Assembly: GCA_032718475.1 (NCBI GenBank)
Contig: JAUCBJ010008879.1
Coordinates: forward strand, 1 to 37,532
From: Nemertoderma westbladi
Taxonomy: Eukaryota > Animalia > Xenacoelomorpha
DNA: 37,532 bases
Reading direction: 5' to 3'
In this document: one piece after another, positions 25,531 through 36,854 of the stretch
How positions within the stretch are numbered: position 1 is the first letter of the stretch
Layout: every line of letters starts with the position of its first letter
Made by a program: the position numbers and the translations under genes
The notes under the pieces: generated by a model
The model's database searches: none
Told to the model about the DNA's origin: nothing
What the model saw: the letters and a program-made list of their open reading frames with translations, nothing else

Positions 25531-26485
25531 AAATACAACTATTATTGTTGTAATAAATTAGGTGCCTAAGCAGGAAAGCCTAATAAGTAATAAATAAATG
25601 AGAACCCAATGTTGTCAATGTGGAGCAGACAACTCTCTCAATTACACTGCTACTTACTTACCTCCACACTGAACCTCCAATAGGATGTTGTCTTGGCAAC
25701 GATATTCTGGGCTTGGCAAGCCAGTGTGTTATTTTATTAGTAGTATATTATGTATGTTAAAAAAACACTATTAGCAAAAAATGTATCTTCTCCTACAATT
25801 ATAAATGAAATAAAGCGAAATTTTGCAGAAAGCATGTCCAATAGATGCTCCATATGGGGTGTCGACAGAATTTTGATTGAGTGAATTCTATGATTATGAT
25901 CGGTAATTCTAGAAGAATTAATTTCACTGTTGCTTGGCAACCAGCAGATCCCTCGCAACCAAAACCTTGCATACACAACTAGGTCCGATAATGAACCTAT
26001 CATCAAAGTTTCACCCAATTCCATCAACATCAAGTGCAAGAAGTTGTGTGTACAAACGAACAAACACGCATACACGCGTGAGAAATAAGGACATCCATGA
26101 TGGATCCCTCCAACAGCCATGATGGATCCGTCCAACATCCATGATGGATCCGTCCAACATCCATGATGGATCCGTCCAACATCCATGATGGATCCGTCCA
26201 ACATCCATGATGGATCCGTCCAACATCCATGATAGATCCGTCCAACATCCATGATAGATCCGTTCAACATCCATGATGGATCCGTCCAAAAAATTAGTAA
26301 TAAAATAACACACTGGCTATCCAAGCCCAGAATATCGTTGCCAAGACAACATCCTATTGGAGCTTCAGTGTGGAGTGAGAGAGCTGTCTGATCAACATTG
26401 ACAACTATTGGGTTCTCATTCGATATTACTGATTAGGCTACCTTGCTTAGGCGCCTAATTTATTACAACAATAATAATTGCATTT
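25531..26485. mobile_element. Foldback/MITE element with ~200-bp imperfect terminal inverted repeats
   Basis: Left arm ~25531-25742 (ATTATTGTTGTAATAAATTAGG...CCAATAGGATGTTGTCTTGGCAACGATATTCTGGGCTTGG...AGCCAGTGTGTTATTTTATTA) is the reverse complement of the right arm ~26296-26485. Exact ends and TSD are uncertain. Confidence 0.8.
26091..26289. repeat. 22-bp tandem repeat (~9 copies) with palindromic core
   Basis: Unit ACATCCATGATGGATCCGTCCA; contains ATCCAT-G-ATGGAT. Confidence 0.95.
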
Positions 26486-26817
26486 TGTACAGACGGAAGA
26501 TTGCCCAATGTTTCGTTTTGCGTTTTCGTTCTACGCATGTCCTTAGACCATCTTAATAAAGATTGGGCCATAGAGCATCGAAGTAGAATAGGTTTGAACG
26601 TAATTTGAGAAAAATTCATAGAAACGCTTAAAAGTTATTCCAACTGAGTGTCTGCAATGGGTACCACAAAACAGAGCTCTTATTCCGGCAGATATGGGTT
26701 CACGGCCCTATAAAGTGACCACTATTACCGCACTATTACCACGTGTGTGACTGGGACCAGGACCATATAATAATGTTCTGCTCACAACGAATGTGATGTA
26801 CCTAGGTAATTATTTTA

Positions 26818-27037
26818 TAAACTATGGAATAACCTCTCCAACAATATGAAACAGGAATTACCATCACTTGCGTGCTTCAAAAAGAAACTTAAAAGAAACT
26901 CATTTTAAAATAAGAGGGACTAAACTAGATAGGTAGTACGTAGTCAGTGTAGGCAGCAGGCACTTTGATAAGGTCGTAAGACCCCTAAAGGCGCCTGCTA
27001 TAACAAATATAAGTACAATATTATTATTATTATTATA
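26818..27037 (+). mobile_element. 5'-truncated LINE (CR1/L2-clade-like) 3' end
   Basis: Translates KLWNNLSNNMKQELPSLACFKKKLK, resembling the WNxL...SLxxFKxxLK ORF2 C-terminus; followed by a short 3' region with GCAGGCAC/GCGCCTGC stem potential and a (TAT)n tail at ~27019-27037. Confidence 0.55.
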
Positions 27038-28847
27038 GCAACAACAACTGCAGGATTGATTAATAGTGTTTTAAGTGGCATACTGCCAGACGGTAATGTT
27101 CTGAGTCTTTCTTCTTTCACTACACTTGACAATCGTCTGGGGCATTACATGTGCAGTGGGTCAAAACTGGACCATGTCCTTTGAATACGAAGACCTTCAG
27201 AAACGTTACGAAAATCTGACAACAATACACCATGACCCGTAATATATTGTCATTTTCTGATGACACAGACACCCCCCTACCATTTTTCTACAAATCTTTA
27301 TCATATTGCTTGAATTTTGCAACACAACTAGTTCAACTCACCGCGGTTGTTACTTTTTTTACTTCTTTTTCTTCTTTCTGTTTTTTTTATCGATTTCGCC
27401 TTCAAATTTTTTCTATAAGCGTTTTAAAAAAAGTGTCTTTTGCGAATTTGCACCATTCGTACCATTCACTTTAGTCGTAATTTTTTAGAAAGCTTGCGTT
27501 GCAAGGATTCCAAATATGTCTGAATTTCGTTGAGAAACAGCTGAGATATAGGCGTTCAAAGATTGCAAGAATTATCGTTCGCTGAAGGCCATTTATTCTA
27601 TTATATAAATACACAATGTGGCAATCTCTACCTTACAGGTAACAACCAAGAGAGAAGTTATGTTACGTAGTTGTGTTAAGGACGTTAAACTTTAAATATA
27701 ATTGTAATTAATTATACCAAGTAAATCTCGGTTTTATGGATAATTCCTGACTTTATTATATTTTGTTCAACATAACCGAATTTCGGATCAAAATTAGACT
27801 GAACTATAATCTGACACAACTCTTGTAATATATATTATTTTATTAGTGTTTAATAAATTATATTAATATATCGAAACTTTTATAATTATACGCAATATAT
27901 CAATTATCAGATACATAATTAATAACATCGTTCATTCATATGGTTGTACTTAAAGCTATCATACTAAATATACTCAATGAAATAATAAGTAGCAAACGAG
28001 GTTTTGCACCATATCAACAACTAATCTAATTAATTAACCTAATAAACAACGGAACACAAATATATAAAATAATATGATATAATAAAAGTCATCTAAAAAT
28101 TAATAACAAACAATATATTTAATACTACTAAATACCTAAAATCTTATTATTAAAAACTTAGAGAATACAAATATGGTTGAATATTATACACAAGGTGTAA
28201 ATATATCAGTTACAACTAAAAGTTCCCTGCTGGTATTAATTGAGTCAATATAACACTATTTTTATGGTCTGACCAACACAGAACAGAACACATGCACAAA
28301 AACGCTAGGTCAGACAGAACTGTTCGGACAAACCAAATTCACAGATAAATAAAATAATACAGAAGTCTATAACTTAATGATTTTATTGAGACACATTGGT
28401 TTAACTTATTTGTGCATTATTAAATATAGAAGTCAGTTAATATGTGGAATAAATTCTGCACAGATAAACAATTTAATAATCAATACGCCGATTTTTATCA
28501 AAACAAAAGAACATCAACTAATTAATAGGAACATGATTGATTATTTATACAAAGAGGAGCACATATAGAAGAGTTGTTTGAATGGATTGACACGTAAGGT
28601 GGGCCAACTTATTGCAATTGTCAGAATAAACAGAATTCCATTGAAAATTATATAAAATATGACAGATGATGCAAATTATTGCCTGTAGATTTGAGTCTAA
28701 AACTTTTTTACAATTTGTAATTCCTTCATTATAACAAAAACTTGCACCCCTGACATCATGTTATTTGGTGCGCAGTTGCTGATATTTTTTTCCTTAATTC
28801 TAAATAGGGTTGATGCGCAAAATATTAATGGAGTGGAAACAATTGAT

Positions 28848-29132
28848 ATTGAATAAGGGTAACAAGATGCCTTGAATCGAGAGGCGGACGTGTGTTTTTT
28901 GTTAAAACAAGAGAAAACAGACGAAATGGCGAAAAATGACGACAAATAACGAAAGTTAAGTAAGACAGCAAAGCCCATATATTACGCACCGACTTGTGAC
29001 GTCATATCTGTAGTAGCCAATCACAGCCGATTTACAAAATCTATTTACCGCCTTTCGACCGTTTCCTCGCCTTATAACAAAAAACCCACATCGTCACTCG
29101 ATTCAAGAGGATCTTGTTACCCCTTATCCAAT
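28848..29132. mobile_element. Small MITE-like element with ~50-bp imperfect inverted termini
   Basis: ATAAGGGTAACAAGATGCCTTGAATCGAG...GTTTTTTGTT (from 28853) versus AACAAAAAACCC...CTCGATTCAAGAGGATCTTGTTACCCCTTAT (to 29127). Confidence 0.7.
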
Positions 29133-29233
29133 TGTACCAACCCTGTTATTATAATTACATCAACATTAATATATTCGTTATCTATCAGAAATAAAATACA
29201 GCTTCAGACTCAAATTTCGCGTATTTCTCAAAC

Positions 29234-29290
29234 ACGTCATTGGGATGACGTCATTATGATGACGTTATTCGGATGACGTCATTAGGATGA
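29234..29290. repeat. 14-bp tandem repeat (~4 copies) containing TGACGTCA
   Basis: GATGACGTCATT-NN units; perfect TGACGTCA at 29246-29253 and 29274-29281. Confidence 0.75.
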
Positions 29291-29529
29291 GGTGTAGGTG
29301 TTAATTAATTGTAAAATATAAAGAAATGGTAAGAAGTGGTAACTCGATATCTTATGGGGATAGTTTTAAGTAAGTTATTCAACACAGGACGTAAGTTACC
29401 TACATACAGAATCGAGTTCTTCAAAAAGAAATAATAAAATTGTATAAAAAAAACTAATATTTTGGATTAGGTAAATAAATTATATGAGACTGCACAATAT
29501 CAGTAGTAGCAAAAAAACAGAGAAGAATG

Positions 29530-31584
29530 TTATCTCCTTGAGTCAAAACAGGTAATCATTAGAATCCTGGACTTACAGCACTTGACTTTCCGTTCGAGAG
29601 TTTCATTCTCATCCTTTAGATAGTCGATGAACTCGGGAGTGGATTCGTCGACGTCGTACCGGAGTTCAACCTCATCCGATCCGTCTAACATCAACGCCGA
29701 CATCGACGACTTCAACTCACCCGAGAGATCCCGTCGTTTCGATTTGAGTTTGCCAACTTGGGACTGGTGTCGCTCCATCTTACGGAGTCGCGAGTGGAGG
29801 TACTCCAATCCGGCGGGATCATCGAGTTTCTTTCGATCCGAGTTGGTCGTCTCGGCGTCGCTGAAGGCCGCGGCGGCCTCCGGTTGCGTGGGGTTCCGTT
29901 CGGGTTCCACGTCCACCCAGGTCTCGGGGCCCTGCACCCCCGACGCGGCGACGACGGTCGGCGTCGGGGTCTGCTCGCTCGCCGCGCCCAGACTCACCGA
30001 GCGCCGGCCGCGGGAGGCCGCCACACGGAACCCGATCCCACGTCGCGGCGTCCGGGACACCCGGTCCGACTCGAGACTCTCCCCCGTCGACAGATAGGCC
30101 TCGCTCTCGCGGATGTTACTCTCGTACCCTGAGGAGCTCTCCCCGGCAACGGGCGACCGCGGTTGCAGGAATCCTGTCAACATCTCCCCGGAGTAAACCG
30201 ACGAACAGTCGCTCCCCTGCCCGGAACTCGACTGAATCGGAGAGTTGAACGACCGCGGGGAGAGTTTACTCCCGCGGTTCACCGAGTTTTCCGGCTGCAA
30301 CGGGAGTTTACGCATCGCGCTCCTATTGGGCGTCGCCCCGGGAGACGCTCCTTGATTCCTATTGGCTCGCTGTTTACTCGAATCGTCGCTGCGACGTACG
30401 AACTGGAGGAGTCGGGAAGGAATGAAACGGGAGCCGCGGGGGGCTGGTGGGGGGTCCGGGGGGGCCGACTCGGGGGCTGGTGGGACCGCGGGAGTCGTGG
30501 TCTGGGGACTCGGTCGCCGCGAGGTCTGGGGTGTGGCGGATGAAGAGTTATTGGGCGCCTGGCAACCGGCGCCCCCCGAGCCGAGACGGTGCCGCGAGGG
30601 GGCAGGGCCCCCCAGCGGGGTCCCGGGGGGGCTCTGCACGGGGGACTCGGGGCCCCCGCGTCGGGGGATTCGGGACGCGCTCGAGGCTCGAGCCGAGGGT
30701 TTCCCGCGGCTCGCGGCCGCCGCCCCGATCGCGCCCCGGGAGTAGAAGGGCGGCGGCCGTTGCGGCGAGTGGCTGTGGCTGTTCCGTCTGTTGTTCTCAG
30801 TTTGAGTGGCGCCGTCCGCTTGGCGGATCCGCGGGGGATTGAGATTCAGCGAGATTGTACAGGATACTGGGTCTGCGGGTTGTGACGTCATCGCGCGGAA
30901 TTCCGGCACCGCGGTGAGCGAGGGGCTGCCCCGATGGACCCCGCCGAGTTGGGGGGCCTTCCGCGAGCCGACGGGGGAGGGGGCCACCTCGCTGAGGGGG
31001 GAGGCCACGGCGGGGCTGACGGCCCCCGGTACCGAGGGTAGCGAGGAGTGAACTCGGGAGAGGAGGTCCGAGCGAACTGAGCAGATTCGCTCAGCCGACG
31101 GGTGGAAGCTGGAGGGGATGATCCGTTGGGACGACCCGGTCCAGGTTCCGACTCCGACTCCGGCCGTCGACGCGGACCGAGTCCGCGACCAGCCGGTCAG
31201 CAGCATCGCCGAGTTCTGCGTGGAGTTACCGGAAGTCGTCCGGAAGGCGGCGTCCGGGGTCAACGACCCCCCGCAGCGGACGACGTCGCGGCGTTGCCAC
31301 ACGTCGCCGCCGACGGGCGGCGTTGCCATGGTTCGCCGTTGGGCCGACCGGTAGTAGCTGGCGGTGGCTGAGTTGGAGCGCCCCCCAGCGGCGGCTAGGA
31401 TGGCCTCGTGGTCGGAGACCCAACCGCCGCCCCCGGTAGTGGCGGGTGGGAGAGGCGGGTTGGGTTTCTTTGTGTAGAAGATGTCTCTAGACGGGTTGGT
31501 TGGCGTTGCCGGGGCTGTAGACGACTGGAGGGTCGGATCGAAGGAGATACCCGGTCTCACACACGAATCTTTAGAAGTCGGCGC
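29530..31584 (-). CDS. KIF26: KIF26-like kinesin, last coding exon (Ser/Pro-rich tail + C-terminal coiled coil)
   Basis: Acceptor ttccatttag at 31585; frame continues into the 676-aa ORF; KIF26-type SSGYES motif and C-terminus LERKVKCCKSRILMITCFD; stop TAA at 29530-29532. Join of 36855-37019, 35961-36184, 34933-35196, 33560-34670, 33172-33346, 32406-32767, 29530-31584 is 4356 nt with consistent phases. Confidence 0.9.
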   Translation of the reverse strand, partial: APTSKDSCVRPGISFDPTLQSSTAPATPTNPSRDIFYTKKPNPPLPPATTGGGGWVSDHEAILAAAGGRSNSATASYYRSAQRRTMATPPVGGDVWQRRDVVRCGGSLTPDAAFRTTSGNSTQNSAMLLTGWSRTRSASTAGVGVGTWTGSSQRIIPSSFHPSAERICSVRSDLLSRVHSSLPSVPGAVSPAVASPLSEVAPSPVGSRKAPQLGGVHRGSPSLTAVPEFRAMTSQPADPVSCTISLNLNPPRIRQADGATQTENNRRNSHSHSPQRPPPFYSRGAIGAAAASRGKPSARASSASRIPRRGGPESPVQSPPGTPLGGPAPSRHRLGSGGAGCQAPNNSSSATPQTSRRPSPQTTTPAVPPAPESAPPDPPPAPRGSRFIPSRLLQFVRRSDDSSKQRANRNQGASPGATPNRSAMRKLPLQPENSVNRGSKLSPRSFNSPIQSSSGQGSDCSSVYSGEMLTGFLQPRSPVAGESSSGYESNIRESEAYLSTGESLESDRVSRTPRRGIGFRVAASRGRRSVSLGAASEQTPTPTVVAASGVQGPETWVDVEPERNPTQPEAAAAFSDAETTNSDRKKLDDPAGLEYLHSRLRKMERHQSQVGKLKSKRRDLSGELKSSMSALMLDGSDEVELRYDVDESTPEFIDYLKDENETLERKVKCCKSRILMITCFDSRR

Positions 31585-31678
31585 CTAAATGGAAATAATA
31601 TATTTTACTTAGATTTACATCGACTGGTTACAGAATGTAGCATTTAAAGCATTGCGTTCAAACTTACTGCTACTCCGT

Positions 31679-31729
31679 ATAGGCATCGAACCAGGGCTTC
31701 CAATCTGGAGGCCCTGGTTCGATCCCTAT
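31679..31729. other. Intronic 24-bp stem-loop with tRNA B-box-like sequence
   Basis: ATAGGCATCGAACCAGGGCTTCCA-atc-TGGAGGCCCTGGTTCGATCCCTAT, 22/24 Watson-Crick pairs. Confidence 0.8.
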
Positions 31730-32405
31730 TGGCATCCCTATGTAGACGGAGTTGGGTCCAAACTGATGCTTCGGTTATTAAATCTATTAAATGTATATAT
31801 TTCATTCCTTGCTTAACATAAATAACTCTCGCATTCCCATAAAAACAACCAATTTAGTATCCAATCCACTTAACCATACATAAACACGATAACTTAAAAC
31901 GATAAATCGAAGTTCAATATCCACCCGCTACGCTACCATTAGGAAACAAGATAAACAGACACACCCTTAAGTCCCACAGAAAGCTTTACCGAGTAATCCT
32001 CAACAAACATTATGAGCTAATAAAATCCTTAACTAATGGAGCTCTCTCCCTACAAACTACTGGAGTACAATGGAAGATTGCACCATCCCCAATACGACAG
32101 TAATTTATTCAACTGTCAAATCCAATACAATCTTCTTCAGACGAAATCTAAATTAGTAAGTCGAAATTATATTAGTTCCACATTAATCGAAGTCCAACGC
32201 AAATACGTTTATTTTCCCAAGATGATCCGGATTTTAGATTGTTTTTAGTGGAAAAATGATAAGAAATACTGTAATTAAATAAAATTAATATAAGTGAATA
32301 TTATATACCAATGTATTTGTCGCAGTAATATAGACTCTAATAATTAATAACTTAATAAATTAGATTAAGTAATTAATTGTTATTGTCAGTATATCATTTA
32401 CTAAC

Positions 32406-32767
32406 CTTATCGACAGGTTCCACTCCGTTACCATGACTACCCACATCGATATCAACGCAGACGGCGGCGGCCCCCAGCTTCCGGTAGACGCTGGCCGACG
32501 GCTCCGAGTAGTAACCATCTATAACCATATCGTCTACGGCTTCCTCTATAACAACGTCCTCCACAGCCGCCATATCGTCGTCGTATATATCCTCAACGCC
32601 CTCCATGCTGTCCTCGAAACGGCTTCCCATAGAGTCCACTTGCTGTCCGCTAAGGTTGCTAAGCAACGTGTTTATGCTGAGCGTATCGCTCCTATCGTGC
32701 CCGCTATCTGAACCGCTGGACTTTACGGTGGTGCTGGACGAGGTGTCCAAACTCTGGTCCAGAACGT
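32406..32767 (-). CDS. KIF26: KIF26-like internal exon (acidic/Ser-rich)
   Basis: Acceptor tttatttag, donor gttagt; 362 nt, phase 1 to phase 0, joins neighbours in frame (DVLDQSLD...VEPVDK). Confidence 0.8.
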
Positions 32768-33171
32768 CTAAATAAACAGCAGACAATAATTAGTTAATAA
32801 TTTATAATAATTAGTTAATTACTTAATCTAAACTGGAAAGTATAAAGGTTTGAGTCATAAATAATAAATAAAAATAAAATAATTAATATTTTGCGAGACC
32901 GAGTGACAAAATCCGATGGGATGCAACACCACAAACTTGAGTCATGCACGTATTCTAACCAAAACAATAAACGAGCGTCAATAGCACTAGCTAGTGTTTT
33001 ATTTAGAAATCTTTCCAAAATCAGCTGATACTTACGTCAATATTACCTTGTATGAAAACTTTGGGTTTATTAAAAAATATTTATGTACAAAAAATGGCCA
33101 ACAACATAATAATAGAATGGATACAATAAAAGTCCTTAATAATTGGATTAATTGGTAACAGATTGGCCAAC

Positions 33172-33346
33172 CTTTCCCATCCTTCTGGGCGGTCTCCTTC
33201 TGCACCAAGGCGAGCTGTAACACGCGGCTTTGTTTAACGTAGGCCCATTCGTTGCTACGGGGTATATCGCAGTCCTGCCTGCGCTCCTGTAACTCCCCTG
33301 TTGCCACGGACAACGCGTTCCATTGTCCACTCTCCTTTGAAGAGTC
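33172..33346 (-). CDS. KIF26: KIF26-like internal exon
   Basis: Acceptor catccag, donor gttggc; 175 nt, phase 0 to phase 1, required to keep the frame between flanking exons (DSSKESGQW...QKDGK). Confidence 0.7.
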
Positions 33347-33559
33347 CTGGATGTGATGGAATAGATGTTGTATGTAGATATACAAACATAGTTAAAGTGA
33401 AGAATACAACAGTTACACCTCTTATTTGAGTGATATTATGATACTGACGAACATGTCTACATACTAATTTGTACCGTATGTGGCTGTTTGTATACGTTAC
33501 GTGTACCATTCTAATTGGCCACTAGGAATATACTCTGGGTCCTCCATTAACTAACTAAC

Positions 33560-34670
33560 CTCGGCCTCTGGTTCCTCCATTAACGCCGAATCATCTCCGC
33601 AACTGACGGACTTTAGATCGTCGTTCCCGTCCACCGATTTACTTATGAGATCCTCCATGGAGGGGCTGAGGAACCCGGAGGAATCCAAGTCGAGTTGAGT
33701 CGCGATCGTCTCGAGGAGATCCGGAGTCGGTTCAGCGAGGGGCGACTCGGTTGGAGGGGCCGTCGACGACGGGAGGAGAACGAGGGGAGTTTCTACGCGG
33801 TCCGAGGAGGAGCGGGGGAGTTTGGGTTCGATGGGGGCGGAATGGGGTCGGAGTTCGGCGGTCGCTTGGACTTCCGATTGCGTCTCGAGTTCTACAGGAT
33901 GTTCTAGAGGAGGTTCTTCTTCCTCGTTGCTTCGCTTCAACGAACGACGCATCGCCATTTTCGTGGCGGTCGGCGAGAAGAGAGCCGGAACCGGTTGAGC
34001 CGCCGCTCCGGCGAGTTTCAGCGACGTGGGCGGCGCCTCCGCGGTTGGGGCGAGCCGTTTGGGTGGGCCTTCCCCGTCCGTGAGTTCACTTTCACTCAAC
34101 CAATTCCCCTGCGGCCCCATATATATGACGGTGTCGCAGCTCTGCTCGCTGCTGGACGTCCCCCCGCCGTCGCTGTAGGGATCGAGGTTGGCGTTGGTCC
34201 GGACCGGAGCCCCGTAGTAGCGCCGCAATCTTCCCGACTCGTCGCACGAACTATCCCCGCTACTCGTGCTGCTATACTTCATCTTCTTCCGCCGTATCCT
34301 ATGAATCCGCGACGCGAGTTGGACGGTGGACAGCGTGTCGTTGAACGATTCTAACGACGGACTAACGTGAGCGATCAAGGTAGTTCGACACGATAAACTC
34401 CCTAAGGATTCCTTGAGGAACTCGGTGAGTTTCGATTCCTTGTACGGGACGTGGCGCGCCCCGTTGATAACGGCGAGGATCACGTTACCGAGGGCGCTGA
34501 AGCTGAGGTTGTTGGTGAACTGGGTGAGCCCCTCGCGGACCTTGCCGAGACGCTCGGAGGGGGAGAGATTGATGAGGTTGAGTTTGGATCTCCCGCCCAC
34601 GACGCCTCCTTTACCGGTGCGTTCCACTCTGTACTGGTAGACATGGAGGGTGAACACTGTGTGAGAGTGT
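33560..34670 (-). CDS. KIF26: KIF26-like exon: C-terminal half of motor domain and proximal stalk
   Basis: RHSHTVFTLHVYQYR, GGRSKLNLINL, LSFSALGNVILA, HVPYKESKLT, TLSTVQLASRIHR, SSGDSSCDESGR, SSSEQSCDTVIY are KIF26 hallmarks; acceptor tatccctcag, donor gttagt. Confidence 0.93.
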
Positions 34671-34932
34671 CTGAGGGATAGAAAAAGATTATCAGTTGAA
34701 CATGTTTTGGTAAAATTAGAATTGGAATTAATCTATCAACTGTAGTTAGAAACTTTGAAAAGTACAAAAAAACATTCAAAACACCCAGCTCAGTGTCAGT
34801 GCGATGTGACGAAACTGAAAGTAACTGCTTTAATCATAAAAAGTGACTAAAATATGTAACGAATTTCCCTTTGCTCCAACGACTTTGATTGACTGTTCTA
34901 CTTAATAAGTTCGGAAAACAAAGGTGGTTTAC

Positions 34933-35196
34933 CTGGCGTCCTCGTCTCCGTCTGTGGACCGCGTCAGACTGGCGTCCAACGCCGCGTCCAGGTAGAACGA
35001 TGCCTTCTCCACGCTGGGGGCGCGCAGCTCGCTTAGATTGTACATGAGGTTCCCGCTGAGGGGATCCCGTTGTAGGTAGACCGAAGGCGAGGGGCCGTTG
35101 GAGCAGGTGGAACCTGAGGCCGCCTGCTCCGCCAGTAAATCCTTGAGGGTGTGGCTGCGCGAGTTTATCTGTACCGCGGAAACTCGCACTGAGAAT
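34933..35196 (-). CDS. KIF26: KIF26-like motor-domain exon
   Basis: FSVRVSAVQI...LKDLL...SPSVYLQRDP...SELRAPSVEKASFYLDAAL; acceptor cttgtag, donor gtaaac; 264 nt, phase 2 to phase 2. Confidence 0.92.
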
Positions 35197-35204
35197 CTAC
35201 AAGG

Positions 35205-35840
35205 AATGACAGTAGTCGCGATGAAATAATGTTAGACAAGAGGAAATAAAGTAGTCGAGAGGAAATAAAGTTAGATAAAATGAAATAAAATTAGTCGAGC
35301 GAGATGAAAACAGTTAGTCAAGATGAAATAAAGTTATACGAAATGAATTAAAGTTAGTCGAGATGAAATAAAGTAAGACAAGAGGAAATAAAGTTAGTCG
35401 AGATAAAAAAAAAGGTTAGTCGAGATGAAAGAAATTGGGATAGTTCAAGTAAAAATTACTTATTGAATGAAGATAATCGAGATGAAATCATTTTGGTAGA
35501 GTCGAGCTCGAGAAGATATTAAGTTAGTCGAATCAAGAATAGATATAAAGTTAGTTGCGATAAAATAAAGTTAGTTGGGATTAAATAAAGTTAGTTGAGA
35601 TAATATAAAGTTAGTTGGGATAAAATAAAGTTAGTTGGGATAAAATAAAGTTAGATGGGATAAAATAAAGTTAGTTGGGATAAAATAAAGTTTGTTGGGA
35701 TTAAATAAAGTTAGTTGTGATAAAATAAAGTTAGTTGGGATAAAATAAAGTTAGTTGGGATTAAATAAAGTTTGTTGCGATAAAATAAAGTTGGTTGGGA
35801 TAAAATAATGTTAGTCGATATGAAATAAAGTTGGTCGTAG
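35205..35840. repeat. Intronic ~20-bp AT-rich tandem repeat
   Basis: Unit TAAAATAAAGTTAGTTGGGA, homogeneous at ~35545-35830, degenerate (GATGAAATAAAGTTAGTCGA) at ~35205-35540. Confidence 0.9.
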
Positions 35841-35960
35841 GGAAACTTTAATCGTTAGGAAAAATTAATCGTTACCTAAATATAATCGTGATGAAATAAA
35901 AAAAGAAATAAAAAAAAATTCAATGAATTCCCTACTTTCATAAAAATAAGTTATAATAAC

Positions 35961-36184
35961 CTGGCTCCGGTTCTCTGTTTGTGTTCGCCGATGAGTTTAA
36001 ACAACCAGCTGATAGCCGACGGAATGACCCCAATGTTGTGGGTGGCGTCATCCCGTCCCACCATGGTGGTAGACCGACCGTGTTTCGAGTGGCCGTAAGT
36101 AAAGACACACGCGTCTGCACCCCCAACGACAGCCTGTACCGTGTCGGTCAGTACAGCAGCACAGACGTCTGGTTGGCTGGAATC
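35961..36184 (-). CDS. KIF26: KIF26-like motor-domain exon containing the P-loop
   Basis: DSSQPDVC...[27 protein letters not shown]...[14 protein letters not shown]...TGAR; acceptor cttacag, donor gttatt; 224 nt, phase 0 to phase 2. Confidence 0.93.
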
Positions 36185-36763
36185 CTGTAAGCCAATCAAA
36201 AGGGAATGTTTGGCGGTTATTTGGGTCATAAACTAAATCTAGTAGGTATGATTATGAAAACTTAATATTACAATTCTTGTAAAAGGGAGGCCCTACCACT
36301 TTTACAGCCCCGGTAAACTGTAATTCTGTAAAGATTAATTTTACACAAAATGTTTATAGCGATCTGGCTTGGATAGTGAATGGTTTATAATATGAAATCA
36401 CGAGCGTTTCGTACAGAAATATGGGTCAGAGTAAAACGCGGATCCGGATTCTACATTTAACATTCCCCCTGCGGAAGTCGACTTTTTTTACATTTTTATA
36501 ACTCCCAAAAATAAAACCATAACCTGTTCTATTGACTTTAGTTTATTGTTATGGTTAAAATAACGTACCACTGTAACCTGCTCCTTTCTCTAAATTTATA
36601 ATTTAACAGGCGGGATATTAATTCGCCAAGATGGGATTTGCGTCCAATATTTTCCCTTTTCTTTTCCCTTAATTAATAATTAACGTTGATGACCCCCCCC
36701 CCCCCCCCCCCCCCAACCCTTCCACCAGATATCCAAATCAAGAATTAATAATGTTATAAAGTA

Positions 36764-36850
36764 GAAGTGAGTAACAGGTTTAACCGAAGTGAGTAACCGG
36801 TTTAACCGAAGTGAGTAACCGGTTTAACCGAAGTGAGTAACCGGTTTAAC
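36764..36850. repeat. 22-bp tandem repeat (4 copies) abutting a splice donor
   Basis: GAAGTGAGTAACCGGTTTAACC x4. Confidence 0.93.
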
Positions 36851-36854
36851 TAAC

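Noticed and set aside
8783-25538. Very long ORFs (up to 1414 aa) in the array as a repetitive protein
   Set aside because: A 42-bp unit with no stop in several frames gives long ORFs automatically; frameshifting 1-, 2- and 4-bp deletions have been propagated; most starts are non-ATG and no unique domains flank them.
25737-26324. ORFs with WMLDGSIMDVGRIHHGCWTDPS repeats
   Set aside because: Translation of the 22-bp tandem repeat inside an inverted-repeat element.
29627-31647. Plus-strand and alternate-frame ORFs overlapping the KIF26 last exon (similarly at 33695-34681 and inside ADAD)
   Set aside because: Shadow ORFs of GC-rich coding sequence with no recognisable motifs.
31706-31729. tRNA gene suggested by GGTTCGATCCC
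   Set aside because: No cloverleaf, A-box or acceptor stem; the motif is one arm of a simple hairpin.
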